From contig CAVVJT010000010.1 in NCBI GenBank assembly GCA_963748625.1, positions 896,001 through 960,000 on the forward strand: a stretch of 64,000 bases of DNA, in the 5' to 3' direction. Position numbers and translations under genes: made by a program. Below are positions 11,882 to 22,376 of the stretch, piece by piece; positions within the stretch are counted from its first letter, which is position 1, and each line of letters begins with the position of its first letter. The notes beneath the pieces were generated by a model that did not search any database, was not told the DNA's origin, and worked only from the letters and a program-made list of their open reading frames with translations. Source of the stretch: an uncultured Chloroflexia bacterium (GTDB lineage Bacteria; Chloroflexota; Limnocylindria; Limnocylindrales; CSP1-4).

Positions 11882-12905
11882 TCAGCTGTCGCGCCAGGCG
11901 GTGAGATCGAGGCGCTTGAGGCGCGGACTCTCCGTGCGCCCGGGGATGCGCCCGCGCTTGGCGATCGGCACGCCGTCGATCTCCTTGATGTCGCCGGTGA
12001 AGTCGATCGGCGTGGCACCCGAGATGTGGGAGCCGACGGCGAACGAGTCCACGGGCGATCCCTCGTCCTTGAAGTAGCGGATCCGATCGGGGGTCAGCCC
12101 GCCCGACACCGTGATCGTGACGTGGTTGAAGCCCGCCTGGTCGAGCCGGGCGCGGATCTCCGTCACGAGCGCGGCGGTGACGCGCCCCCGCTCCGACGGT
12201 GTGTCAAGGCGGATGCCGTACAGCCTGTCACCCAAGCGCTCGTGCGACGCGCAGCGCCTCCTCGGCCTCGTCCTTGAAGGTGTCGACCAGGACGATACGG
12301 GGCACGTCGGGTGGCATGTCGCGGTCGAACGCCTCCGCGGCGCGAACCGTGTCCCCGAAGATCAGCACCAGCGAGTGGGGCATGGTGCCGGTGGGGTTCA
12401 GCCCGGCGAGGCGGGCGCCGGCGGGTGTGGACGCGCCGACGCATCCACCGACGATGGCGGCGTAGTCGAGCACATCGGTGATGTCGGGGTGGACGTGGCG
12501 CGCGCCGAAGGAGATGACTGGCTGCGGAGCCGCGGCCGCGACACACTGGCGCGCAGCGGTGGCCCACCCGGTCGACTGCGCGAGCATGCCGAGCATGGCG
12601 GTCTCGTACAGCGCGAATGCCCGGTACCGGGCGTGGATCCGGAGGACGACCTCCTTGGGGGTCACGATGTCGCCGTCGTCGAGGCACTCGACGATCGCAC
12701 CCTCCTCGTTGGCCAGCACGTGGCCCAGGAGGTTGGTCGCCTCCCCCATCCCGCACAGGACGGCGTCCTCGCGGCCGAAGACCTCCATCGTCACCACGGG
12801 GTCCATGCCCTCGCGGTCGAGGATGCTGTTGGCCCGGGCGAAGTAGACGTCCGCCGTGGCGCCCGAGAGGATCTCGTGCGACGGACGCGTGCGTTGGAGG
12901 CCCAT
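11882..12905 (-). CDS. pncB: Nicotinate phosphoribosyltransferase (frameshift near 12232)
   Basis: TADVYF, SFGARHVHP, GTMPHSL, LVDTF, GIRLDTPSER, VSGGL, AKRG; an extra G at CTT GGG TGA splits the ORF. Confidence 0.88.
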
Positions 12906-13110
12906 CAGGAGCGCCCGCGCGACGCGGCGGCCCGGGAGGTCACGGTAGGGCTCGGCTCCTTGGTCCTCGCGACGCAGCGCCCGCGTGGTCACGTGGACGG
13001 GTGCGTTGGGCCGGAGTGTACCGCAGGCCCAGCGGGCCTCAGGACTCCAGCGTGCCTCCAGGCCCCAGCGTGCCGGGCGAACCACCTGCCTCGCTTCCAG
13101 TGCAGACCGA

Positions 13111-15114
13111 TCAGGGCGTCCGGCGCCGACGCAACCCCACGGCCAGCCCGACAACCGCGAGCAGCAGGGCCGCGATCGCCGGCAGTGCCGCCATGGCGGC
13201 CAGGCGCCCCGTCCCTGCATCGGTCGCCCCCGCCAGACGCGCGGCCAGTGCCTCGGCTCCGGTCCGCGCTGTCGTCACGTCCCCGGCCGCCCATGCGTCC
13301 CGCGCAGCCGCCAGCGTGGCGGCCGGATCCTCGTCCCCCAAGCCGAGGTCCGCCAGCCAGTCACGCGGCTCCCCCGCAGCCGCGGCAGCCGTGACCAGCG
13401 CGGGCAGTGCCGCGTGGGCCTCCTCGATCCGTCGCGCGAGCGTCACCAGGTCAGCCTCGGATCGCGCCGATGCGTACGCGGTCCCTAAGGCCGCAGGCAT
13501 GGGCAGCCCCAGGGCCGCCGACTCGGCCGCGAGCGCATCGCGGGCCGCGAGCGCGGCCTCCGCGGCCTCGATCGCGTCCTGCGCGGTCGCGAAGCTCCAC
13601 GCGTCGAGCGCGAGGCGGACGGCCGGTGGCGGGGACCACGCTCCTGCCCGCAGGTCGAGGGCGTGGTACGCCGTCCGCGCCTCGGATCTGGCGGCCAGCG
13701 GCGGATCGGCGTCGCGCGGGAGCGCCCAGTCCGCCACGAGGGACGCCACGTCGTCGGCGCCGCCAAGCTCCTCTGCGAGGTCGACGAGGCGGCGCCAGTC
13801 GTTCGGGATGGTCGCGGGTTCGGGAGTACCGGCACCCGGGTAGGCCGTCGTCCCGGCTGCCGCGGCGGCGAAGACGCGCCGCATTCCGGCCTCGCCCGTG
13901 GCGTTCACGACCTTGCGGATCACGGTCCACGAGGCCGCGTAGCCGAACCGCTCGCGGCGTACGGCTGCCTGGTCGCCGATGGCGGCAGGCGGCGGCCACG
14001 CGCTGAGCGGGAAAGCGCCGCTCGACCTCCGCTTGACCTTCGGCGGCCCCGGCACGTCCACCCCCTGGGCTCGCAGGACGCGGGCGGCGTACTCCTCCGC
14101 GAGGCCCTCGGTGATCCAGCGCTCCGTGAACAGCCGGCCGTTGAGCCAGGCGTGCGATGCCTCGTGGAGGATCGTGAGCCTGTCGAGCTGCTCGCCGATG
14201 GTGATCCGGGCCGTCGCCGCGTCGTAGAAGCCCGCGTACCCCTCGAGCAGTGGCGTGTGCACCTCGCTCACGGTCATTGTCCCGGTCACCGGCCACGGCA
14301 GACCGATCCGCCGCTGGAGCTCGGGGATCCCCTCGGCGATCACCCGGCTCGCCACACGCTGCCACTTGACGTCCTCCGGCCAGGCCCGGAGCAGCACCTG
14401 CGAACCGCCCGGCAGGGCGATGGCTCGCGTGGCGAGCGCAGCATCATCGGTGGCGTCCACGAACGCGTACCAGGTCAGTGGATCCTGCGTGGACGCGGTG
14501 AGGACGGTCGCCCCCGTGGCGGAGGTGGATGCCTCGAGCGGCTCGCCCCGGGTTGCCACATCGTAGTCCGCCGGCACCACGACCTTGACGGAGCCGCGAT
14601 CGCCGTAGGCCCACACGGGGAACGAGAGGAACGCCTCCCCGATGCGCACCCCGCTCGCCGAGCGCGCCTTGCCGGCCGGCAGGTCGAAGACCAGCTCGAT
14701 GGCCGCCTGCTCGCCGAAGTACAGCGGTTCGAGGAACGGGACCGTGATGAGCTTGAAGCCGTCGCGACGCGACGGGTCCGGGTCGAGCGTGGCGCCGTCC
14801 TGGGTGGCCCGCACCCGCACGGCCTCGGGCGGCACGGCGACGTTGACAGCCTCGTAGCGGTACCGCGTGACGACGCCCGCGGCGCGGGTCACGGGCTTGC
14901 GATTGGCCGCGGCGATCCTCACGGTGACCCGGACACGACGCGCGTCGGTGTCCACCTGGTACACCGCCTCGGTCGCCACCTCCAGCTCGTCGCCGGCCGC
15001 CTGCACCGGGACAGGGGCGAAGGCGGACGGTACCGGCAGGCCCGGTGCGGCTGCGGGGCCCAGTGCCACCGCGAGCGCAAGCAGCCAGGCCGCGAGGACC
15101 GCGGCGCGGATCAC
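13111..15114 (-). CDS. Exported, C-terminally membrane-anchored gluzincin metallopeptidase-like protein (paralog 2)
   Basis: Signal peptide; HEASH-x14-EGLA; helical C-terminal half; terminal TM followed by RRRR. Confidence 0.8.
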   Translation of the reverse strand: MIRAAVLAAWLLALAVALGPAAAPGLPVPSAFAPVPVQAAGDELEVATEAVYQVDTDARRVRVTVRIAAANRKPVTRAAGVVTRYRYEAVNVAVPPEAVRVRATQDGATLDPDPSRRDGFKLITVPFLEPLYFGEQAAIELVFDLPAGKARSASGVRIGEAFLSFPVWAYGDRGSVKVVVPADYDVATRGEPLEASTSATGATVLTASTQDPLTWYAFVDATDDAALATRAIALPGGSQVLLRAWPEDVKWQRVASRVIAEGIPELQRRIGLPWPVTGTMTVSEVHTPLLEGYAGFYDAATARITIGEQLDRLTILHEASHAWLNGRLFTERWITEGLAEEYAARVLRAQGVDVPGPPKVKRRSSGAFPLSAWPPPAAIGDQAAVRRERFGYAASWTVIRKVVNATGEAGMRRVFAAAAAGTTAYPGAGTPEPATIPNDWRRLVDLAEELGGADDVASLVADWALPRDADPPLAARSEARTAYHALDLRAGAWSPPPAVRLALDAWSFATAQDAIEAAEAALAARDALAAESAALGLPMPAALGTAYASARSEADLVTLARRIEEAHAALPALVTAAAAAGEPRDWLADLGLGDEDPAATLAAARDAWAAGDVTTARTGAEALAARLAGATDAGTGRLAAMAALPAIAALLLAVVGLAVGLRRRRTP

Positions 15115-15157
15115 CCCGCGACCCGGGTCATCGCCCGGCGGGTGCCTGCGGCGCGGA

Positions 15158-17227
15158 TCACCCCCGCGGCCCCGCGTGCCTACGGCCGACGGATGCCTTC
15201 GCAGGCCGGCGGTTCCGCCGCACGGTCCCCGCGACCACCGATGTGATCACGAGCAGGGTGGCGACACCGGCCAGGGCGAGCATCGCCCTGCGACGCCCCT
15301 CCTGCCAGGCGCCGGTCCAGGCGCGGTAGGCATCATCGGCGAAGTCAAGCGTGCCCTCGAGGTCGTCGCGCCCGAACGCCACACGGGCCGCGGCGAGGTC
15401 GGCGTCAGGATCCTCGCCCAGCATGCCGATCCGGCTGAGGACGTCGTCGTCGGCGCTGCGCGCAGCGGCTGCCTGGTCGATGGCCAGGATGACGTTGCGC
15501 TGGGTCTCGGCCTCGGCGCTCGCATCGGCCATGCGCCCCTCCTCGAACGGGGCCTTCATCCTGTCCGGGAGTTCCACGCCCGCAGCAGCGGCAAGCTCGA
15601 GCAGCGCGGCATGTTGGGCGAGCACGGTGCGCGCATCGGCCATCTGCTGCTCGGCCGTGTCGAACTGCCATGCCCGCAGCGAGTCACGGATGCCGCGCGG
15701 CAGCTGCCACTCACCCGTCAGCGCAAGCGTCCGCTGGTACGACCGCCGCGTCTCGGCGCGGGCGTCGAGCATGGCCGCCTCCTCGGGCCGGACCACCCAC
15801 GTCCGCCACAGGTCTTCGAACGACGTGCCCGTCTCAGCCTCGAGCAGGTCCAGCAGGCCCCGCCAGTCCGGCGCCCCATCCACGCCCTCGGGGAGGGATG
15901 TCTGGGCGCCCGGTCCTTCGGCCCCAGCGTTCGCGGGTGGCTGGTAGGCGCCGCTACCCGAGGCGGCGGCGGCCCAGACCCGGCGCAGGGCATCGTCGCC
16001 TGCCCGCTCGGCGATGGCCGCGGCAAGCTCGCGCGAGGCAGCATAGCCATAGGCCTCGAGGGCGGCGATCGCCGGGTCGGCCGTGGCGTTGGGGGCCGCG
16101 AGCGGCCAGGCGTTGAGCGGGACCGCAGCCTCCTTGGCGGCATCGGTCATCGCAGGTGTCTTGGCGGCGACATCAAGCGCCTCCGCGGTACGCATCGCGT
16201 AGAGGGATGCGAACCCCTCGTTGGCCCAACGGTCCGCGAGCAGGGCGCCGTTGAACCAGCCGTGCGCCGCCTCGTGGAGCGTCGTCAAACCGTCGGCCCA
16301 GTAGGCGACCTCGATCCGGTTGGCCGCAGGCTCGAACAACCCCGCGTACGCGCCCTCGCTCCGGCTGACCGCCTCCTGCACGACCAGCTCGTCCTCGTGG
16401 GGCCAGGCGATGCCGATCTGGTCGCGCAGGACCGGCAGTCCGTTGCGGAACAGGCGCCCGGTCCGGTTCGCCCACGCGGCGTCATCGGCCCAGGACCGCA
16501 GGACCAGCGATACCGGTCCGTCTGCGGTCTTCACCTCCACCGCGTGGTCCTTGAACTCCGCGGACTGCTGGCCCAGGACGTAGGCGAACCAGGTGAGGGG
16601 CGAGGCGATGCGCCCGCTCCGCAGGATCGTCCCACCGCCTGCGCTCGTGGCCGTGACCGGCATCGACCCCGCGGTGACCGACACGTCCCAGCCCGCAGGA
16701 AAGGCGATGGAGACCGTTGAGCCACTCGCGCCGTTGGAGGCGTATGCCCAGAGGGGCACCGTGATGAGGCCAGTCCCGACCCGCGTCTGCGGGTTGGCGC
16801 CCTTCCCGGCGCCGAGCAGGTCGAAGGTGAGCTTGTAGCTGTGCCGGTCACCCGAGTAGAGGCGCTTGCCGAAATCGAGGCGCAGCAGCGTGCTGTCCTT
16901 GGCGCGCCGCGCGACACGGACCGAGGCGCCCGGGGCGCCCGTGAGCCGGAACCCCGTGGTCCCGGGCTGTACGGCAAGGAAGGCGTGGTCGAAGAAGTAC
17001 CGCCTCGTGCGCGTCTCGCGAGTCTGGTTGGTGGCGCTGATGGCGACCGTGATGCCCACGCGCCGGTCGTCGGGCCTGACGAGGTAGGCGGCGTCCGTCA
17101 CGATCGTCAGGGCGGTTGCGGCGGCACGGACCTCGGCAACAGGGCCGATCCCGGCGACGGGCGCCCCCAGGCCGCCGACCAGCGCGAGTGCGAGCGCAGC
17201 GGACAGCATCCGGATCGTCGCGGTCAC
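15158..17227 (-). CDS. Exported, C-terminally membrane-anchored gluzincin metallopeptidase-like protein (paralog 1)
   Basis: Signal peptide; HEAAH-x14-EGFA; shares PLTWF/YA, DWRxLxDL and AWxFxTA motifs with paralog 2; terminal TM followed by Arg-rich tail. Confidence 0.8.
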   Translation of the reverse strand: MTATIRMLSAALALALVGGLGAPVAGIGPVAEVRAAATALTIVTDAAYLVRPDDRRVGITVAISATNQTRETRTRRYFFDHAFLAVQPGTTGFRLTGAPGASVRVARRAKDSTLLRLDFGKRLYSGDRHSYKLTFDLLGAGKGANPQTRVGTGLITVPLWAYASNGASGSTVSIAFPAGWDVSVTAGSMPVTATSAGGGTILRSGRIASPLTWFAYVLGQQSAEFKDHAVEVKTADGPVSLVLRSWADDAAWANRTGRLFRNGLPVLRDQIGIAWPHEDELVVQEAVSRSEGAYAGLFEPAANRIEVAYWADGLTTLHEAAHGWFNGALLADRWANEGFASLYAMRTAEALDVAAKTPAMTDAAKEAAVPLNAWPLAAPNATADPAIAALEAYGYAASRELAAAIAERAGDDALRRVWAAAASGSGAYQPPANAGAEGPGAQTSLPEGVDGAPDWRGLLDLLEAETGTSFEDLWRTWVVRPEEAAMLDARAETRRSYQRTLALTGEWQLPRGIRDSLRAWQFDTAEQQMADARTVLAQHAALLELAAAAGVELPDRMKAPFEEGRMADASAEAETQRNVILAIDQAAAARSADDDVLSRIGMLGEDPDADLAAARVAFGRDDLEGTLDFADDAYRAWTGAWQEGRRRAMLALAGVATLLVITSVVAGTVRRNRRPAKASVGRRHAGPRG

Positions 17228-17829
17228 CCTGCGCCCTCGCCGCCTGGGTCGATCGGCTTCAGGTGTTCAACTGGCTCCGCGGGGTCGACCAGCTCCGAGG
17301 GATCGAGCAGCTCCGCGAGCTCGCCGGCGTACCGGGCAACCAGGCGCAGGCCGGGTCCGTCGCGCCGGGCGGGCGGCGGCGCCTCGGTATTCCAACCGCC
17401 TGCCTTGAGCCAGGTCGTGGCGTCGGCGTGGAAGCGGTCCGCGACCGCGAGCTGGCGGGCGAGCGCGAGACCCAGCGCATCCCGGTCCACCACGGCGATC
17501 GGCAGCTCCGCGGTCAGCAGCGGTCGCTCATCTTCCCCGATGGAGAACTTGAGGAACGGCAGCTCGTCATTCCAGCGCAGCAGCTTGCGGTAGGACACCC
17601 GGAAGCTGTCGTTGATCGGCGGCGCGAAGTGCGTCCAGGCGATCAGCGCGAACGCCGGGTCGAGAATCAGGGTGACGCGCAGCGACGCACGGCGGCGCCC
17701 GTCGAGGACCAGGTCCCATGACGTGACGCCTTCGCGGTCGGCGCGCTCCAGGGGCTCCAGGCCCAGCTCGGCGAGCCAGGCCTCGACGTCGGCCGGGGCA
17801 ACGGTCGACGCCCGGGGGGCGAGAGACAT
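17224..17829 (-). CDS. YbjN-like (T3SS-chaperone-fold) domain protein
   Basis: VEAWLAELGL, WDLVLDG, YRKLLRWNDELPFLKFSIGED pattern; stop overlaps the next start (GTGA). Confidence 0.68.
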   Translation of the reverse strand: MSLAPRASTVAPADVEAWLAELGLEPLERADREGVTSWDLVLDGRRRASLRVTLILDPAFALIAWTHFAPPINDSFRVSYRKLLRWNDELPFLKFSIGEDERPLLTAELPIAVVDRDALGLALARQLAVADRFHADATTWLKAGGWNTEAPPPARRDGPGLRLVARYAGELAELLDPSELVDPAEPVEHLKPIDPGGEGAG

Positions 17830-17920
17830 GGCGCGGAGTCTACCCCGGCCACGCAAGAACCCCGCCCGGGTGGCCCTGGGCGGGGTCGTCGTGCGCTGGC
17901 CGGTCCATCGCCGGCAGGGG

Positions 17921-19225
17921 TCAGCCGAGTCCCATCAGTGGCTCGTCGGCATCGTTGCTGCCGTCCTTGCGGACCTTGCGCTCGACCGTGCCGCCGGAGC
18001 GGACGTGCCGGGCACCGAAGTCCGACGACCTGACCTTCTCGCCCACCTTGACGTTCCGCCCGAGACGGGCGCCGCGCGGGATGACCGACTGCTTGCCGAT
18101 CACCGTGATCCCGGTGTTGAGCCGGCCGGGCTCCTGCTTGTTAGGGGTGTCGAAGTCCGGGCCGTCGCCCACGATCGCGCCCTGGCCGACAATGACCTCC
18201 TTGTCAAGGATCGCCCGGTCAACGACGGCACCCGAGCGGATGACCGAGTCGAACATGACGATCGAGTCCCGGACCACCGCCCCCACGTCCACGCGGACGC
18301 CCGGCGACAGGACGCTGTTCACCACGGTGCCGTTGATGACGCAGCCATGGGAGATCATCGAGCGGTGGACCTGCGCGGTCGGGCCGACCTTCGCGGGCGC
18401 GCGCTCCTCCGACCGCGTGTGGATCAGCCAGTCCTTGTCGTACAGGTCGAGCTCGGGGTTGTCGTCCAGGAGCGCCATGTTGGCCTCCCAGAACGACTGG
18501 ATCGTGCCCACGTCCTGCCAGTATCCGTCGAACCGGTAGCCGAAGACCCGGGCGCCGCCCTCCAGCATGGCCGGGATGACGTTGGCGCCGAAGTCGCGCC
18601 GGTCCTCGGACAGCCAGTGGATGAGCGCACGCTTGGAGAAGACGTAGACGCCCATCGACGCGAGGTCGCTCTTGGGCACCTTCGGCTTCTCCTGCCACTC
18701 GGTCACCCGGTCCTGCTCGTCGAGGGCGAGGACACCCATGCGGCTCGCCTCGGCGATCGGCACGCGCCTGACGGCGATGGTCACGTCCGCGCGCTTGCGC
18801 TTGTGGGCGGCGATGAACGGCTGGTAGTCCATCTTGTAGATGTGGTCGCCCGCAAGGATCAGGACGATGTCGCCGCCACGCTCGATCGCGTTGATGTTCT
18901 GGAGGACGGCGTCCGCCGTACCGCTGTACCACTCGGCGACCTTGCCACGCTTGACGTACGGCTGCAGCATCCGGACGCCGCCCTGGCTGCGGTCGAGGTC
19001 CCACGGGCGCCCGCGGCCGACGTGGTCGTTGAGGGAGCGCGGGTTGTACTGGGTCAGGATGGCGACGCTGTCGACGCCTGAGTTGACGCAGTTGGACAGC
19101 GTGAAGTCGATGATCCGGTACTTGCCGCCGAAGGGGACGGCAGGCTTCGCGCGAACCGACGACAGGATCGAGAGCCGCTCACCCTCGCCTCCCGCCAGGA
19201 TGACTGCCAGAACCGGCTTGACCAA
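17921..19225 (-). CDS. glgC: Glucose-1-phosphate adenylyltransferase
   Basis: [56 protein letters not shown], hexapeptide C-terminus. Confidence 0.96.
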   Translation of the reverse strand: MVKPVLAVILAGGEGERLSILSSVRAKPAVPFGGKYRIIDFTLSNCVNSGVDSVAILTQYNPRSLNDHVGRGRPWDLDRSQGGVRMLQPYVKRGKVAEWYSGTADAVLQNINAIERGGDIVLILAGDHIYKMDYQPFIAAHKRKRADVTIAVRRVPIAEASRMGVLALDEQDRVTEWQEKPKVPKSDLASMGVYVFSKRALIHWLSEDRRDFGANVIPAMLEGGARVFGYRFDGYWQDVGTIQSFWEANMALLDDNPELDLYDKDWLIHTRSEERAPAKVGPTAQVHRSMISHGCVINGTVVNSVLSPGVRVDVGAVVRDSIVMFDSVIRSGAVVDRAILDKEVIVGQGAIVGDGPDFDTPNKQEPGRLNTGITVIGKQSVIPRGARLGRNVKVGEKVRSSDFGARHVRSGGTVERKVRKDGSNDADEPLMGLG

Positions 19226-19323
19226 GCGACCTTCCTCCGGTGCGGGTGCTCCCCGCTGGGGATGCTAGCACCGCCATGTGGCGCAAGGCCCACCGGTCCG
19301 CGGTTCGTGGGTCGAGTGCGCCC

Positions 19324-19468
19324 GGTCGACTCGATGACCAGCTTCCGGCCGGCGGCGCTTCGGTTGACTCGGTGACCGGCTTGCACCCGGCGGCGCCCCA
19401 GATATGGGGAGAATCGCGGAGCTCCACGCTGGGCTGCAGGCCCTGATTGTTGATCCGTCGGTCGAGCC
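19324..19468. ncRNA. Candidate rod-shaped structured RNA (6S-like, unconfirmed)
   Basis: GGCTTGCACCCGGCG (19378-19392) pairs with CGCTGGGCTGCAGGCC (19427-19442); outer TCGACTCGATGACCA pairs with TGATCCGTCGGTCGA; asymmetric internal loop; no credible ORF. Confidence 0.35.
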
Positions 19469-19579
19469 ACGTGGGCCGCGGCCCACTTCGCCCAATGGTT
19501 GGGTGATGGCCCCGGACCGGGCAGCGAGGACGTCCCGGCAGGCCGTCCGGAAACCGCGACCGAACCTTGGATCGGGACG

Positions 19580-20938
19580 CTACGTGAACAGGCGCGGGTT
19601 CACGAACTCGCCGCGGAACTGGATCATCCAGTGCAGGTGCGCGCCCGTGGAATGGCCGGTGTTGCCCTCGTGGCCGATGACCTCGCCCTTCCTCACGCTT
19701 CCCCCCGAGCCGGCCGGGCAGCCCGGCGTCATGTGGGCGTACCAGGAGGTCAGATTGGAGGAGTGGGCGATGATGACGATCCAGGCCGGGTCGGCGCCGT
19801 CGGCATAGTTCCAGCCGCAGTAGACGATGCGCCCGGCCCCGGACGCCCGGACCGGCGTGCCGTAGGCGTTGACGATGTCGATCCCGCTGTGGAAATGCGC
19901 GCAACTGCCTCGCGGCGGCTCCCAGGAGAAGCCGGTGCAGCCGTAGTCCTGGGTGATCGTGCCCGCCATCGGCCAGATGAGCGTCCCGTTGTACTGGGAC
20001 GGGATGTTGCCGTGGTTGGCCTGCGTCGCGACCAGCTTGTCGATCTTGCGCTGGAGGGCCCGCCTGGCGGCCGCGGTCGCCGCGAGCGCCCTGCGCAGCT
20101 TCGCCTTGTTCGCAGCGAGCTTCGCGTACCTGGCCTTCTGCTCGGCGAGGGCCTCCTTGGCCTGCTTCTCGAGCTTGCGCAGCCGCGCTGACTCGCGCTT
20201 GAGCTCCTCCATGCGGCGGTCCAGCCTCTGCTTCTGGACGGCCGTCTCCTGGCGGAGGGTGTTGGTCTCGGCGCGGGTTGCCTCGACCGTCTGGTGGAGC
20301 GCCAGGAGGGTCTCCCGGTCGAGGGCGATCTGGCGAGCGAGGAGCCGGTCCTGCTCCGCGGCATCGAGCTGGGAGCTCATCTGGGTGAGCATGTCCGTGA
20401 ACGAGGCTCCGGAGAGGAAGGTCTCCAGCAGCGAGGTGCGCTCGGCCTCGTAGGCATCACGCACACGCTGGGCCAGCTCGGCCTTGCGGGTGCGCAGCTC
20501 ATCGCGCTTGGCCGCCTCCTTGTCCTCGATGTTGCCGAGCTGGTGGTCCAGGTCCTGGAGGTTGTTGACGAGCGACTGGTAGGCGGCGCGGACCTTGTCG
20601 ATCTCGTCCGTGAGGACGTTCACGCGGCGCCGTGTGGCGGCGAGATCGGTCGTGATCCCGTCGAGCTCGGTCTTGGTGGCGTCGATCCGGCTCTCGAGGG
20701 TCGCCTGCGAGCCGTTGATGTTCGCAATCAGGGAGCGCTGCTGCCGGATCTTGGCCTCGAGCGCCTTGCGCTGGGCCTGGGCGTCGGCAAGCTCGTCGCC
20801 GTTCACGGGTCCCGGTGCGGCGACAGGCACGGCCAGCGCGGTCACCAGGAACGGGACCACGAGGATGGCCAGCAGGAGCCGGTGGCGATGTCCCCGGCGG
20901 ATCCGGGGAAAGGTCTGCGCTGCGGTGTGGCGGGTCAA
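19580..20938 (-). CDS. M23 family peptidase with long coiled coil (EnvC-like murein hydrolase)
   Basis: N-terminal hydrophobic segment, ~250-aa coiled coil, WP..G.ITQ, HSGID, YAHM, GNTGHSTGAHLH, VNP. Confidence 0.9.
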   Translation of the reverse strand: MTRHTAAQTFPRIRRGHRHRLLLAILVVPFLVTALAVPVAAPGPVNGDELADAQAQRKALEAKIRQQRSLIANINGSQATLESRIDATKTELDGITTDLAATRRRVNVLTDEIDKVRAAYQSLVNNLQDLDHQLGNIEDKEAAKRDELRTRKAELAQRVRDAYEAERTSLLETFLSGASFTDMLTQMSSQLDAAEQDRLLARQIALDRETLLALHQTVEATRAETNTLRQETAVQKQRLDRRMEELKRESARLRKLEKQAKEALAEQKARYAKLAANKAKLRRALAATAAARRALQRKIDKLVATQANHGNIPSQYNGTLIWPMAGTITQDYGCTGFSWEPPRGSCAHFHSGIDIVNAYGTPVRASGAGRIVYCGWNYADGADPAWIVIIAHSSNLTSWYAHMTPGCPAGSGGSVRKGEVIGHEGNTGHSTGAHLHWMIQFRGEFVNPRLFT

Positions 20939-21220
20939 CGAGCAGGCGTCCTCATCTCAGGCGGCGTCGCTGCCGTCCCGGTTCCGTGCGGTCCGGGCGC
21001 GACCTCGACGACCACCGGACCTGGCGCCGCCCCGGAGGGCACTCCCGAGACGACCTGAACCGGCGTTCGGCCCGAGTCTACCAAGGGACGGGCAAACGGG
21101 CCTCGATGGCGTCCGTGCGCCGGCGGGCGCGAGTCCGGCGACATGCGAGCAGCACGGCTCGGTCGCGAGCGTGAGACATCCCGCGGGTCGCGGGCCGAGG
21201 GTGGAGGACCCGGACATGGA

Positions 21221-21256
21221 ACGGCCCGGGCCGCACGCGCTGGCGACCCGGGCCGT
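21221..21256 (-). terminator. Stem-loop downstream of the betaine-binding protein gene
   Basis: ACGGCCCGGG...CCCGGGCCGT inverted repeat about 25 bp after the stop. Confidence 0.5.
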
Positions 21257-21279
21257 GAGCCCGTCAGATCAGCGACGGC

Positions 21280-22282
21280 TCAGGGGAGCCACGCCTTCCA
21301 GACGCTCTCGTTGGCGTCGAGCCACTTCTTCGCGGCCTCGTCGTTGCTCATCTTGTCGACGGCGATGTACGACGCGACCACGTTCTGGTCCTCGTTGGTC
21401 CAGTTGAAGTTCTTGATCAGGTCGAAGGCAGGCCCGCCACTCTCGGCGGAACTTGGTCGAGGCGATCTTGTTCAGGGTGTACGGCGGGTAGTCGCAGGCG
21501 ACCTTCTTGGGGTCGGCGTCGCAGCCCTCGGTGTACGGCGGCAGCGGCACGTTGACCATGTCGACCTGGGCGAAGAACCAGTTCGGGTCCCAGGAGTAGG
21601 CCAGGATCGGCTTGCCGGCCTTCGCGGCGGCCTCGATCGCCTTGTTGGAGGCGGCCTCGGAGCCGGAGTAGATGACCTTGAAGTCGAGGCCGAGGTTCTC
21701 GACCAGCGCCTCGTCGTTGGTGACGTAGGCCGGATCGCCGTCAAGCAGCTGGCCCTTGTCGCCCGACTCGGAGGTCTTGAACTGGTCGGCGAACTTGTTG
21801 AGGATCTTGGGATCCTTGTCGGCGGTCAGGATGTCCGGGTTGGCGTCGGCGAAGGCCTTGGTGGTGTACCAGCCGATCTTGCCCATGTTCCCGGTCGGGC
21901 CGAGGTCGATCGCGACCTTCTCGTCGGTGACGTACTTCTGGATCAGGTCGTCGTGGCCCCAGTTCTCCAGGATCACGTCAACCTCGCCGGTCGGGAAGCC
22001 CTCCCAGCTGACCTGCTCGCTGAGCGCCTTCACGACCGTCTTGCAGCCGAGCTCGTTGCGGAGCAGGTAGTCCACGACGGCCATGTTGGCCGTGTAGCCG
22101 ACCCACGGGTTGTCAGCGATGTTGACCGTGTAGTCGCAGACGGCAGCCGTGCCACCACCCGCGTCAGTGGGGGCAGCCGTCGCCGCTCCGGTACCGGTGC
22201 TGCCGCCGCAGGCGGCGAGAACGATGGACAGGGTCGCCGCGCCCGCGGCGAGCTTCCCGATGGTGCGGTGCTTGAGCGTCAA
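21280..22282 (-). CDS. proX: Glycine betaine ABC transporter substrate-binding lipoprotein (frameshift near 21450)
   Basis: LAAC lipobox, NPWVGY, GEVDVILENW, LGLDFKVIYSGSEAA, CDYP; C-terminus NFNWTNEDQN...VWKAWLP in another frame. Confidence 0.85.
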
Positions 22283-22376
22283 GCTTGTCTCCTCCTCCAA
22301 GGACCGACCGGGGTCTGCCCCGGCGGTTCGCGCATGATGGGGCCTCTCGCCGGTTCCTGCCGGACGGGCCCACGCC

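Noticed and set aside
12225-12240. In-frame TGA in pncB as selenocysteine or readthrough
   Set aside because: The continuation DRLYGIRLDTP is in a different frame; removing one G restores LGDRL.
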